Assembly (NCBI RefSeq): GCF_001194135.2
Contig: NC_068999.1
Coordinates: 51,438,561-51,502,560 of the forward strand
Origin: Octopus bimaculoides
Taxonomy: Eukaryota
DNA length: 64,000 nt
Reading direction: 5' to 3'
Shown here piece by piece: positions 14,171 through 27,590 of the stretch (its first letter is position 1; the number at the start of each line of letters is the position of its first letter). Below the pieces are notes generated by a model, which was not told the DNA's origin, did not search any database, and saw only the letters and a program-made list of their open reading frames with translations. A program made the translations under genes and the position numbers.

Positions 14171-14498
14171 CATTACTATCAGCAGTAGCAGCAACAGCAT
14201 GAACCGTAGTAATAGCAGCACTGGCAGTAGTAGTAGTAGTAGTAGTAGTAGTAGTTGGCTACATCTCCCACAATTCCCAGCTAAAATCGCTCTGTATCTA
14301 GCATGAATAAAAAAAGTATGAAAGCAAAATAATATGAAAACAGAAAGGAGAAGAAAGAAAGAAAACAAATCTAAAATGTGATTCCTCTTTTTAGCAAACC
14401 TTCACCGGTCAGTCCTACCCGAACATAAATAACTGGCTCAATAAATAGATGTGTCTAATGGGAAAGCTATTTCATGATACATTGTATTTGAACAGTAC

Positions 14499-14586
<88 letters not shown>

Positions 14587-15170
14587 CGTGTGGCGGAGGC
14601 GGAGTGGAGACGGTCAGGTCATTAATGGCATTCATGAGGTGAAACATCTACCAATGTTGACAGAACTAAACTACGGTCACTGGAGACAGTTTTACTTCTT
14701 TTTTTTCCCCCTAGAGGAGAAGAGACAACTCTTGCTAACCAATCAAACTTGGACCATGTAAACAGAGTGTTATTTGCTTTGTGTAAATAGTTTCATATAC
14801 AAAGTTTGCAGTAAGTTAAGTTCATAGAGAGAGAGATGGACTGCATAGAAACTGCAGGGTCGACAGTTCGTTCCTTGTCTCGAAGTCATATTAACACTTA
14901 TGCATTATCTGAAATTTCATCTCATTTACTTGAATGTATTAAGCTACAAAAAGATTTCAATTGATAGCAGAAGTCCTGCAGTTTTAGGGGCATAACTTAG
15001 TCAATAACATCGACTCCAGTGTTTAACTGTTACATTATTTCACCGACCTAGGTACGAGGATAGGCAAAATTGATATCGGTGGTACTTGAATTCAAAATGT
15101 AATGTATTTATACAAACAATCCTGCCAGCTCACCTACTTCATTAAGCTATTAGTAAATGCATTTGATAGC

Positions 15171-15434
15171 GCTGGAAGTTGACAGAATCGTTAGAGCGCT
15201 AGGCAAAATATGCTAAGCGGCATTTCGTCCTTCTCGTTCTGAATTCAAATTCTGCCGAGGTCAACTTGGTCGATTGCATCGACCCCTGTATTCGACTGGT
15301 ACTTACTTCATCGACCCTCGAAAGGATGAAAGGCAAAGTCGACCTCGGCAGAATTTGAGCTCAGAACATGCAGACGGATGAAACACCGCTAAGCATTCTT
15401 CCCAACTTGCAGACGATTTTGTCAGCTCACCTCC
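15171..15434. mobile_element. Inverted pair of SINE-A copies: 15171-15267(+), 15268-15434(-)
   Basis: Head plus B-box on + followed by the reverse complement of the same head. Confidence 0.8.
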
Positions 15435-15639
15435 TAAGCAATTTCTATAATATTCTTTTAGCCTTCATTTTTTTTAGTAATTTTTTTAATTTCTGTCTTC
15501 TTTCTCATTAATCATCCAGCTTTTCTACATTTCTTTGGACTTTTATTGTTTTTTCTTTGAATTTCTCTTTTTTTTCAAATATTCTATTTATCCAAGTACT
15601 ATCGGTCTTTTTAACCAATCACAGCATTATTCCTCATTA

Positions 15640-15827
<188 letters not shown>

Positions 15828-16530
15828 TCTCTATTGCAAAGCTTGAATGTTGAGAAAGATCGGTTCGGTTGGTGATCCTAACAATGAAGACCTATTAATA
15901 AAGAAGTAATATTATTAATTAGAAATAGCGTGTGGTGAAGATAATTTCTGTGCCTCGGGTTACGGAACACTTCGAGAAGAAAAATATCGAAGACATCCTG
16001 AAGTGAACTTTACAAAAGCTATCTAAAAACACATTCAAATGTTATTCTATGGCAGATTCTATGACAATATTTAAGTATTTATATTAGCTCTATCAATACA
16101 GCTTCTTTCAAAATTAACTAGAAACTAATTGTATGATGTGTTATTTCTGGTAAACTTGTTAACAATGCAGCTCTGGTGATACAGAAGTGTGGAAAGAAAA
16201 AGCAATGACGAAACGGTTTATTCCTTCGGGCGTTCTGAATAAAGGTCTAACCGCATGCACACATACATACACATACACACACACACATTAACACATGCAA
16301 TCATACTTAACATACAAAGAGATAAGTCTGTCAATACGTAGTACCCTACACATACATACACACACACACGCACATATATAGATATGTATGTATACATGTG
16401 TGTGTACCAACGCATGCGCACAAAGTGGAGCAAGGGTGCTAAGTATGTAAAATTTATTTACTCGCTCGAAGCTACATCTTCACGCCACCGTTACAGAGAC
16501 TTTCTCGCTCAGGGCTGATCTTTCAGGTTA

Positions 16531-16573
<43 letters not shown>

Positions 16574-16713
16574 ACACACACACACACGCACACACAAATA
16601 CACACATACATGCACACATTTATATATAAATATACATCTTTGTTTGAATATGCAAAGGGAAAAATTAATCAATGTATGCGAAAGATTTTATTTAAACTAA
16701 GTTAAGGCTATAA

Positions 16714-16835
16714 TCAGTTGCTATTTCGTGTTCCTGGTTTCCGTTCCTTGCAGCAACCGTGAGCAAGATAAACGGGAACCTTGGCACCGAGGAAGTAAAA
16801 ATACTCCTGTTTCTGATTCTGGAAGCTTCTACAGC
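16714..16835 (-). other. Candidate terminal coding exon of an unidentified gene
   Basis: Acceptor tttatattcataag|GC, then CRSFQNQKQEYFYFLGAKVPVYLAHGCCKERKPGTRNSN*; AATAAA at 16687-16692(-); locally raised GC. No homology recognised. Confidence 0.3.
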
Positions 16836-17168
16836 CTTATGAATATAAATGTTTAGCAGCAAAATAACTTTCTTATAAAACAAAAAGCCTTTCTGACTAA
16901 AACTAAGTTATGTAATTTCGTTACTTGTTATTTATAGATCTTTGAGGCAGGATTTAATATACTTCTTTTTCCGGATCTGTTTGTATTATCAGCAACGGCA
17001 ACAGAATCAGAAAGAGCAGTAGTAGCAACAGTAGCAGTAGCAGCGGCAGCAGTGTTATTGTCGTCATCGTAATCATCATCATCATCATCATCTACATCCA
17101 GTCTTCTGCTTCTACTTTTAAGCCATTTAAGTAAATTCGCAGTAGAATCGCAAGTATATACCACGTGT

Positions 17169-17214
<46 letters not shown>

Positions 17215-17591
17215 ATCTAGCAACGGTAGAGTGAATTATTCTCTCTCTCTATCTCACTTGCTCTCTCTCTCTCTCTCTCTCACGCACACACACACACACA
17301 CACACTTATACACACATACATATACACACGCAAATGAGATATACACAGACAGACAGACAGACAGACGGAGGAATACATAGATTCACAGACATATGTCTGA
17401 AGGTGCATATAAAGATAGATTAATAGATATGTATATGTGTGATAAATAGGTAGACAGATACATACATATATCCACATATACATACAAGCATATCTTCATG
17501 CATGTAAAGCTCATTTAAGTGTGTGTGTGTGTGGGTGTCGGGGTGTATGTTTGTATGCCTATGTGTGATACACGTGCGGATAAATACGTAT

Positions 17592-17647
<56 letters not shown>

Positions 17648-17657
17648 NNNNNNNNNN

Positions 17658-17736
<79 letters not shown>

Positions 17737-18664
17737 TGCCGACAGGCATAGTGCCAAATCGTTATGATCGAACGTTTTCCTGTTGTCTTTTGAATTCGAT
17801 GTCTGTAATTGTATCCTAAAGGTCAAAGGCATCACATCTACTAGCGACTAAATATTGCTGCTCAGAGCGTCACTGCAGTCTTTTATTGGCCGCGTGTTCT
17901 TTGGACAACTGGCTCTAGACAGTCTAAAGACATGGAGTTGTTCTTCAATGAGCCAGCGGGTTTACTTTTCTGACAAGATTATGACCATCAATAACAAATT
18001 ACTAACAAAGTAAGTGCTTTTAGTAGAATGCAAATGTAATTTGGTTTTGATTCTAAACGAACTTAACTGCCATTTTATCAAATAATCGAAAGTTTTATAG
18101 TGAAGGATTTAATAGATTTCTCAATTAGCTTCTCAGAGGAGGAGAACTGGAAAAGCCAAACTGCGGTCATTGAATTTGACCGACAGTAATAAAACAAAGA
18201 AGTCGTTATATTTAGTGAGGGAGGGGGTGAGAAGATGATGAGAGAGAGTGAGAGGGAGAGAGAGATAGACAGAGGGAAAGAGAGGAAGAGATGGAGTGAA
18301 AGAAAGTGTGAGAGTGAGGCTGGTAAATAGAGGAAGAGGAAGTAAGAAACATGAGGGCAAGAATGAAGGCGCGAATGAATGAATTAATTGGAGGCAAAAA
18401 AAAAATATAAGGAAAGAAGGAAAGAAAGAAAGAAAGAAACAGACAATAGAAAAGAAACAAAAGATAAAGACAGTAAAAAAGGAGAGAAAAAGAAAAGAAA
18501 CAAACAACAGAAAGAAAGAATAGAAAATAAAACAAAAGATAAAGGCAAAAAAAAAAGAGAAAAAGAAAGGAAGAAAGAAAGAAAACAAGCTGACGGTTTT
18601 TCAGTGATACAATGGAATTTGAAACCAATCTCTCTGCAATATCAAGGAATGACGTGAAATATTG

Positions 18665-18878
18665 ATTTCAAATTTAGACACAAGATCAGCAAGTTTTGAA
18701 GGATGGGGTAAGTTGATTGCATCAACCCCAGTGCGTAACTTGTACTTATTTCATCGGCCCGAAAGGATGAAAAGCAAAGTTAACCTCAGCAGAATTTGAA
18801 CTCAGAACGTGACAACGGACGAAATGCAGCTAAGCATTTCGCCCGACGTGCTAGCGCTTCTAAGAGCTCGACGCCTCA
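18665..18878 (-). mobile_element. SINE-A, near full length
   Basis: Reverse complement of the family A head, B-box and tail. Confidence 0.85.
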
Positions 18879-19406
18879 ATGTCCTGAAATATTAGACGCA
18901 ATCTCGTATGCACGATCGCAGTTATATCGCTTTTGGCAGAATTGGAGAGCCTATATGCCAAGATGATATGAAACTAGCCCGAGATGTAAAGAATCTAAGA
19001 GTCTTTGATATGTCTTTGTAATTCTCATAGTAGTCTTTAGAATGTCAGTGTTGTAATCATACTGGCTTGGTAAGAATGAGATACTAAAAGTTGCTTTGTT
19101 GTGCGGCTATCTGCTCGATGCAATCATTTAAAATCAACAGTTGTCAATGAACCAGCTCATAAAGAGCAGGAAACGCCTTGCAACGGAGTGCATGTCACTT
19201 GATGTAAGAAAATTATGTTAGTATGACAAAGTTTGCAGTGAATGTATGATTGCATATTTGACCGCTTTTGGGTGTATTCTTTTTCCTCTGTAATAACAGA
19301 ACGGAGTAGTAATAGGTATATGGTTGTTTCTTATTTATCTATCAATAGATAGATTGATAGGTAGAACCTTTATATGTATATATATTTTTTTTACATACGC
19401 ATTAAA

Positions 19407-19447
<41 letters not shown>

Positions 19448-20734
19448 TACACATGGTTATTCATCATACCACCAAGTTCCTGTCATCATCATCATTTCGC
19501 TGTTAATTGCACATTTGTAACAATCATATCGAGCAGCAGCGATAAGCGGTCTAATGGAAAATTTAAATACTCTCGTTTATAAAGTCATAAAGCTATCGAA
19601 AATAAATCCGCACACTTTTAACTGTTTTGTATATCGTATTCCTCTCATCTCATTCAACCACTGTCGCCCACTATCTCATCTCATATCATCCAACCAGTAG
19701 CACTCACTATTGACATCTGTGTCAAATACTTGCCCAATAATACCCCACTGTCTATGTCTAATATTAACCAATATCCAAGCTAATCCGCAAAACCGATCAG
19801 TGGGACACGTAGTTGATAAGCTTTTACGAGTCATGGAATAAAAGGAATAATATTAACAGCCGATACCTCTATTCTACGTTGGGAAACCTTGCAATATGTA
19901 AATCTCATTTAATCCAAGATAGATGTTACACGCGATCGATATTCGGATATACGGTCGTTTTCTTTCGATAAGTACGCTCTATAAAGCATGAATGTATAAA
20001 TCCCAGGTCTGTATTAAATCTATTTTGCAACAGTTTTATGCATCAATTCAAAATGTAATACAGAGAATTAGATTAATCTATATCAGAAACGAGAGAAATG
20101 TGCAGCAATTTAATAGCGAAGAATTCTCACCTAGGGAGCTGATTCGTGTTTGGTGTCGTTTAAACTTTGAAAATTCGATAGAATCAGTTATAAAAGATGG
20201 AAATTGAATACAATTTTAGAAAAAAAGATTATCATTCTTAGCTTTGGCTTCTGTTCTTCTGCCGTGCGTGTTGTGTATAAGTTAACAAGATGTTGAATTT
20301 TAAAGCATTATAACTAATCGGAATTTATCATATGATATCTTCATTGGTGAAAATATTATAGAATTGGCTGACAGTTGAGTCCTCGATCTGCTAGATTTAA
20401 TCCGTATTTGTTAAGGTTCTTAGAGAGGTGATAGTTGAGTTGATAAAATTAATGGACAATTTTTGGCACTGGAGGAAAACACACTCACGCACGCACACAC
20501 ACGCGCGCACATACGCAATACACAACACACAATATTATACAACACATATGATCATGCATGCAGAAATATACACATATAGATAGAAATTTTGTAAAGAGAG
20601 CGGAAAGGAAAAGAGAGAACGAGAGAAACATTTAAATTTCTGAAACCTGATAAGTCAGCTTCGAATCAGAAACACCAAATCAGCCGTTGCGTGTGTGGGG
20701 GGGGGGGGGGGGGGGGTATGTGTATGTGTGTGTT

Positions 20735-20929
20735 TGCACCATCCCCCACCAACCGGTGTTGGTCTGTTTTGCGACCCCATAACATAGCGGTTCAGCAAAC
20801 GTGGAAGATAGAATAAGTACAAGGCTTTAAAAATAGTTTTGGTATCGATTCATTCGATTAAAAATTCTTCAATGCGGTATCCCAGCATGGCCGCAGTCTA
20901 ATGACTGAAACAGATAAAAGATAAAAGAT
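20735..20929 (+). mobile_element. SINE-B 3' half
   Basis: ...GATAGAATAAGTAC...CCAGCATGGCCGCAGTCTAATGACTGAAACAGATAAAAGATAAAAGAT; preceded by a G20 run at 20697-20716. Confidence 0.8.
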
Positions 20930-21678
20930 GTATATCCAACGATCAAACCACTCTGCTAATTTGCCGTCCTGAAAATCAATGATGATAGAAAATTAAGTTT
21001 AGTCATCGGCGGTAACAAACTAATTATGTCACTTTCTCCCATGCTGATAAAATTATTTACCAGTGAAATACTAGTGTCAAACCACTTAGCCTCAACATAA
21101 TTTCAATGTTTCACTTCTGAGAAAAACATGGTAAAATTTGAATTTGTGTCTAATCAAAAACATGTCATCTCTCTCATAGCTGTCTATGTGAAGTAAAATA
21201 ACCTGAGCTTCAAATCGAAAAATTCTTGGGAAATTAACTCGACAAAAGCTTGCTTTTAATTCAATTCTTTATTAGTTCAAATTACTGCTGCTCTGTTTCC
21301 TCTTGGAGAAATTCCAAAAGGGAAAAAGAAATTACGGTGAAACCCGCCTGGTGAGAGGCAAAACACGCAGCTATTACAGACCAAGCTGGTTTGCTAATTA
21401 TTCTATGACTTAGTACAGTGTACTGTTCCGCTGAGAAGCATTTATCCACAAGTATTATTGACTCTCTGTCTACTTAGTATTAAGGTATAATGGTGTTTCA
21501 CTAATTTAAGAGCGAGCATAACCTATGGTTAAGGACTTCGCTTCGTAACAGCACTTTCGCATTCGAACCCTCAACGCGCTACTTTCTATGAGTGATTTCT
21601 GCTACACCCTCCAACTGGACGGTAACTTTTTGAACAAAAGCTTGCTTGACCAATACCATCTAGTAGCCTGTCATATAC

Positions 21679-21713
<35 letters not shown>

Positions 21714-21720
21714 TAGATAA

Positions 21721-21865
21721 TTATTTACATTATTTACATTTGACGGACATTTGTCCTCATCTTGTTTGTTGTTAACACAACGTTTCGGCTGATATACCCT
21801 CCAGCCTTCATCAGGTGTCTCGAGAAAATTTCTGGGTTCTCATTCCTAAGGTATTTTTGATGATG

Positions 21866-21930
<65 letters not shown>

Positions 21931-22020
21931 GTTGTTGTTATTATTATTATTATTATTCTGGTCACTGCCAGGAATCGAACTCAGAATCTTGGGGGTTAGT
22001 AGCCCACGCTATGATTATCA
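21721..22020 (-). mobile_element. tRNA-headed SINE-like element with internal (AAT)n and a 3' hammerhead motif
   Basis: On minus: anticodon-like arm GGG-CTACTAA-CCC, B-box GAGTTCGATTCC (21971-21982), ~110 bp (AAT)n, unique body, hammerhead motif, tandem TGTAAATAA tail. The A-box is decayed in this copy. Confidence 0.7.
21774..21819 (-). ncRNA. Minimal type I hammerhead ribozyme motif
   Basis: GACAC-CUGAUGA-A-GGCUG-gagggUauaU-CAGCC-GAAA-CGU-U-GUGUU: intact core boxes, 5-bp stem II, 5-bp stem I, palindromic loopless stem III (ACGU), GUU cleavage triplet. Confidence 0.75.
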
Positions 22021-22727
22021 TGGTATATAAGTAAAATTGTGAAATAGTGGATGCTTACGAAGTCCTGCATTTAATTTCCATTCTGGGGTAAGACAAAGGA
22101 CAGCTGGAAAAAACGAATAGTTTAAATATGGAATGTTGACAACGAAAGTAACAAATAACAAAATCTAGAAGCTCTGGGAAATTGGGATTCATTGTTTATC
22201 AACAATAACAGGCCTAGGTGTAAGTTTTCACTCTCAGAAACGAAGAAATGCAGCGTTTGGTATCGTGCAAGTGTTGGTAAAAGATTTTTTGTTGTTTTTT
22301 GTTTCTAATATTTTTTCTCAACTCTGAGCAGGTTTATATAAACAAAAAAAAAGATAAAGAAAAATAATATTAAAGTGATAAAAAAGGAACAGGTTTATCC
22401 GTAACTTTTTGGGGGAAAGTGATTCTCCTGGCAGCTGTTTTTCAACTTGAAAAGGTTAAGATTATAAGAAAGAAAAAGAGAGTTTGCCAGCTGCAAGATA
22501 TTACGATAAATACTTTACGAACTGATCTAAGATATCTCGTTACATAGTAACTATTCTTGTTTATATTTGAAAGAACTGAAAAAACAACGAAAAAACATAT
22601 TGTTAATGGTCTACATACATAGGATAGATTATGTTTAATTACCGTTTGACCTATATCAATAATCAATTCTGACGAGTTAACCTTGATATTTATTTGCATT
22701 ACCTGTAGCAATTAATAAAAGCGCATA

Positions 22728-22806
<79 letters not shown>

Positions 22807-23022
22807 CCGAATTTGTTGTGATCATGTAGATAAAAAAGACAATGATACGCCTTTGAAGCTTTCATTGTTATTTTGTTTTTATACTTCTTTTTTTTGTATT
22901 AAATTACTTTTACAGTAACAGTGCCTACCTGTTATTATCTTAGCATTTCCTGATTTTCGTCGCCATTTCTTTTTATTGCCTGTTTCTTCAAGTCTTATGT
23001 GTTTTTTTTAATATCTTTTCTA

Positions 23023-23155
23023 CTTTTTATCTTTTACTTGTTTCAGTCATTAGACGGCGGCCATGTTGGAGCACCGCCATGAAGGGTTTTCAGTTGAATG
23101 CATCGACTTCTGTACTTAATTGCTTTAAAAGCCAGGTACTTCTTCTAGCGGTGTA
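23023..23155 (-). mobile_element. SINE-B 3' fragment
   Basis: Plus-strand TTTTATCTTTTACTTGTTTCAGTCATTAGACGGCGGCCATGTTGGAGCACCGCC is the reverse complement of the B tail. Confidence 0.8.
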
Positions 23156-23330
23156 TTTTGGAGAAACACTATTTGATATATATATATATACGTGTGTCTA
23201 AGTATGTTCACACATATTCATGAATACATTTCATATATGTACATGATGTATACATATGTACAAATATGAATGCGTGCATATAATATATATTGTTTGTATT
23301 ATATACTACCATCTATATGGATGAACATAC

Positions 23331-23686
23331 TCAACAAAAACACCACCCCTCAAACAAACAATCATATATAAAAAAATTATTTTATCTTATTTTATCTTCG
23401 TGTTATTTATTTGTCTAGCAGGACTGGTATTTCGAATTTTTAGTCGCTTTATTTTAACTTTTAGATCATTTGTATTCTATTATATAAAAAATATATCTTA
23501 CGTTTTTTATATATATTTTTAACTCGAATTAGATATATTTGTATTTTATTAGAATATATGCTTTTTAAAATTGTACATTTTATATATATGTATTATTTTT
23601 ATATTTTATACTTTTCTTATATGTTTGTGGACCATGGTGTATTTTTTATATATGATTGTTTGTTTGTGGGGTGGTGTTTTTGTTGA
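23331..23686. repeat. ~45-bp inverted repeat around ~265 bp of AT-rich DNA
   Basis: TCAACAAAAACACCACCCCTCAAACAAACAATCATATATAAAAAA (23331-23375) versus its reverse complement at 23642-23686, with 1 mismatch; no TSD seen. Confidence 0.85.
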
Positions 23687-23728
23687 ATCGTTGACCCGAC
23701 CATAATGTTTTTATTCTGTCACTAATGC

Positions 23729-23773
<45 letters not shown>

Positions 23774-24664
23774 CACACACACACACACACATACATATAT
23801 ATATACACACACACATATGCATATATATACAGTATATTATGTAAATAATAATAATAATATTTTATAAGTTTAATGCTTATAAGCGATCACTCTGAATTGA
23901 CTAAAAAAGAAGTCTAATATTGTCGCATAATATAAGCCCTCGACGGAAAACAAACGGGTTGGCAAATAACATTGCAAAGAAACTTCTTAACCCTTAATTT
24001 TACCAACGGATTCATCTCTAATTTGCCATATAATCTCTTGATTTTTAACCAATATTGTCTTCTAGAGTCTATTTTTCTAAGAATTTTCTTGTTTTTTTTC
24101 TTTTTTGCAAGCAAGCAAAAATTACCCACTTTAGTAAATGGATATATATTACATATCGATTTATATTAAATTTCCAAATATGGAAACATGTGATATAGGA
24201 TCGTTCAATTTCAATATTAGCGTCAAAAACAGATGTCAAAATTACTGAATATTGGATTTTAAATCCAGTGAACTCGAAACGGGTTTTGATACTGCATTAT
24301 TAACCAAAACCTATTTATATGTGTTTCTCTAATTTTCCAAAATATTATTTCAAAATTTAATAGAACAATTTTAATCAAATATACATATATACAGATCTTA
24401 CGTCAATAAATAATAATAATATACGGGTATGTGTTTATAATTGTCGGTGTATGGTTGGGTGTGTTTGAATACATATAGCATTCATTTATACACTTGATTT
24501 AAATGTTTTAAGAATATTTCGGCATCACGTGAGCCATAACATATTCTAAATTATTTTTATTTTCAATGTAATATTAATCAATATATAACATATTTCTTTC
24601 AAAAAAATATTAGCTGCCCGAGAAAATATACATTCCTTGTATTAGAAAAAGACATGTCAATGCC

Positions 24665-25120
24665 ATTTTTTGGACACTTCCAATGTCCACTGTTACTAGC
24701 CATTCATTGTATGTTGCTAGCTGCTTCATTGTATGAAATCAATTTCATTTCTCGTTCTATCTCCAGGAATTTTCCTTGTCCATTTTCTAACATTTCTTTT
24801 GGTGAAAAAGGTGGTTTCTAAGCTCATTTTTGCGTAGTATGTGAATTCAATTACTCTTTTTCCTCTTTCATTTCTTATTCCATATCTGTATTCTCCAGTA
24901 ACATTTTCACTTTTATTATTCTTAATGTTCATTTTTGCGTTAAAATTCCCTAGCACTAAAATATGGGTTCACTTTCCCATCTTTCATGACACTCTTATGT
25001 TGCCTGTAAAATACTTCAGTCCCTCCACCATCACAGCCACTAGTTCGTGCATACACTTGGATGATGTTAATTTTATAATTTTTGTTCAGTTTGACGGTTA
25101 TTTTGAGCATCCGCTCATTT
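24665..25120 (-). pseudogene. Non-LTR retrotransposon (RTE-like) APE endonuclease, central/C-terminal part
   Basis: NERMLKITVKLNKNYKINIIQVYARTS...EVFY, a frameshift, then LGNFNAK...GEYRYGIRNERGKRVIEF...TFFTKRNVRKWT..PGDRTRNEIDFI. Matches the QVYAPT, GDFNAK and NEIDYI motifs. Confidence 0.85.
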
Positions 25121-25124
25121 AATG

Positions 25125-25410
25125 CTTTGTATGCTCGTCAAACCAGTATGATCTCAAACCCAAATTCACGGCCTCCAGTCCCCAGCAGTAATACAAACCC
25201 AGACTACGATGCCGGTATGGTGAATAGTAGAGCAAGAGGTGCTAATAATTTCTGGATCAGAACCGGTCACTTTTGGAACTTGATGATACCTGCGAATAAC
25301 GTACGTGGTTTTGTGGATGATACTGGAATTTTGGACTTAAAACATGCATTAGACAACATAAATTGGAAAATTGTTCGACTTGCAAGAAATAGCAACGACA
25401 TCTCCATTTA
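25125..25410 (+). pseudogene. 5' part of an RTE-like element (leader plus EN N-terminus), opposite orientation
   Basis: GANNFWIRTGHFWNLMIPANNVRGFVDDTGILDLKHALDNINWKIVRLA resembles the EN start (TYNVRTL...L..I.WDIIGLSE). Confidence 0.6.
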
Positions 25411-25821
25411 AATTGTACTCTTCAGATTTAGTAAAGGAAGAAGACATTCGATAACGCTAAGTTGTTGCCTGAAACGGAAGACAAAAGAGGGGAGAAAAAT
25501 GATCGCTAGAATGCTTTTCATCATAGAGCTAGCTAGTCGATCGCTGCCAAAGTGCAGTTAACCACCACAATAAACAACAACAACAAAAACCGCAACAAGA
25601 TGTAGAATAGGTTGACTTCTGTCAATTTATATAGTCACTATGATGGACTAATTCACAAATACAAAGAAAACTTTATGGAAGTCTGTCTATAAGAGAAATC
25701 AGTTCATCGTACTTGCTCTATACATCATACGGTTATTTATTTAAATCGACGTCTCATTTCTTCCGGATATAATCCAGTTTCACAGTAAGCCGTATACACA
25801 GTACAAGACACTGTATATACA

Positions 25822-25948
<127 letters not shown>

Positions 25949-26776
25949 CTGTGTTTCGTATTTTCTATGTTGCGTTTTAGTCAGACCAGAAATGGCACCA
26001 CACGGCTGTGTTTCATTAATACATCATGTTTAGAAACCAACCACTCGAACATGCAACATAAACACATCTAAATACGTAGCAACATACACGCACTCACGCA
26101 CAGGCATACAAAATCACTAATACACGCAAGCACATGTGTGTGCGCGTGTGTGTATGCGCGTGTGTGTGTATCAGGTGTACATATATATGTGTGTATGTAT
26201 GTTTATGTGCGTATATGTGGGTGTGGAGACAGACGTGCATATATTTATACTTATGTATATACGCATGTATCTATATATGTGTGTGTGTGTGTATGTGTGT
26301 ATGTGTGTATGTATGCATGAATGTATGTGAATATATACACACATATATATGAGTGTGTGTATATATATGTATATATTTACATGTATATATATATATATAT
26401 NNNNNNNNNNNNNNNNNNNNNNNNNNNNNNNNNNNNNNNNNNNNNNNNNNNNNNNNNNNNNNNNNNNNNNNNNNNNNNNNNNNNNNNNNNNNNNNNNNNN
26501 NNNNNNNNNNNNNNNNNNNNNNNNNNNNNNNNNNNNNNNNNNNNNNNNNNNNNNNNNNNNNNNNNNNNNNNNNNNNNNNNNNNNNNNNNNNNNNNNNNNN
26601 NNNNNNNNNNNNNNNNNNNNNNNNNNNNNNNNNNNNNNNNNNNNNNNNNNNNNNNNNNNNNNNNNNNNNNNNNNNNNNNNNNNNNNNNNNNNNNNNNNNN
26701 NNNNNNNNNNNNNNNNNNNNNNNNNNNNNNNNNNNNNNNNNNNNNNNNTATGTATGTATGTATATGTATATATATG

Positions 26777-26847
<71 letters not shown>

Positions 26848-27300
26848 ATGTACATATACATACATATATGTGCGTATGGACGTGTATGCGTGCAACAAGG
26901 ATATATATATATGCGGATGGTTTTGTTAGGATATGTATAGGTTAACAGATTCTTTGATGTGCATGATACTATGTTGCTAGATGTTTTGATATCATTAAGA
27001 GCAAAGATGGATCGTTTCCCTAAGTCGTTTATACAGGTTTTCGCTATCGAACTATGAGTCTTTTTCCCTGGCTTTGAATATTACCATTATCAATACTCAT
27101 ATACGATAGACCGTCTCATATGCAAGGATTATATATAAGGAGCAGAGTAACAATATACTTATAAAAATGCTCACACACATTCCTCGCATATGAACATAAG
27201 TAAGTATGTACGTATGCATGGATGTATGTGTACATATTTATAGATTAGATAGAGAGAGAGAGATACGTAGATAGGTTGGCAGATAAATAGATAGATAGAC

Positions 27301-27366
<66 letters not shown>

Positions 27367-27371
27367 TAAAG

Positions 27372-27590
27372 ACACGTAGCCGAGTGGTTAGGCTGTTAGG
27401 CTGGCGATGGAAAGTTCACGGTTTCGATACTTTCCACGGACGGCGCGAAACGTCCTTGTAGAAGGCATATAATTCCGTGCTGCTCCGGTCCACCATGCTG
27501 AAAATCAGTGCCATCCGACTGCTGACACATACCTCACTCCCCCCACCCCAGCTGTCACTACATTGGTGTTTTGCTAGGTTGAGAGTATAT
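27372..27590 (+). mobile_element. Degenerate tRNA-derived CORE-type SINE
   Basis: A-box TAGCCGAGTGG, B-box-like GGTTTCGATAC, CORE-like GTCCTTGTAGAAGGCATATAATTCC; follows (GATA)n. Confidence 0.6.

Noticed and set aside
17880-18000. WLIEEQLHVFRLSR as a LINE RT fragment
   Set aside because: Too short and divergent to support.
23972-24169. LTLNFTNGFISNLPYNLL as an LRR
   Set aside because: A single imperfect repeat in AT-rich DNA without splice support.
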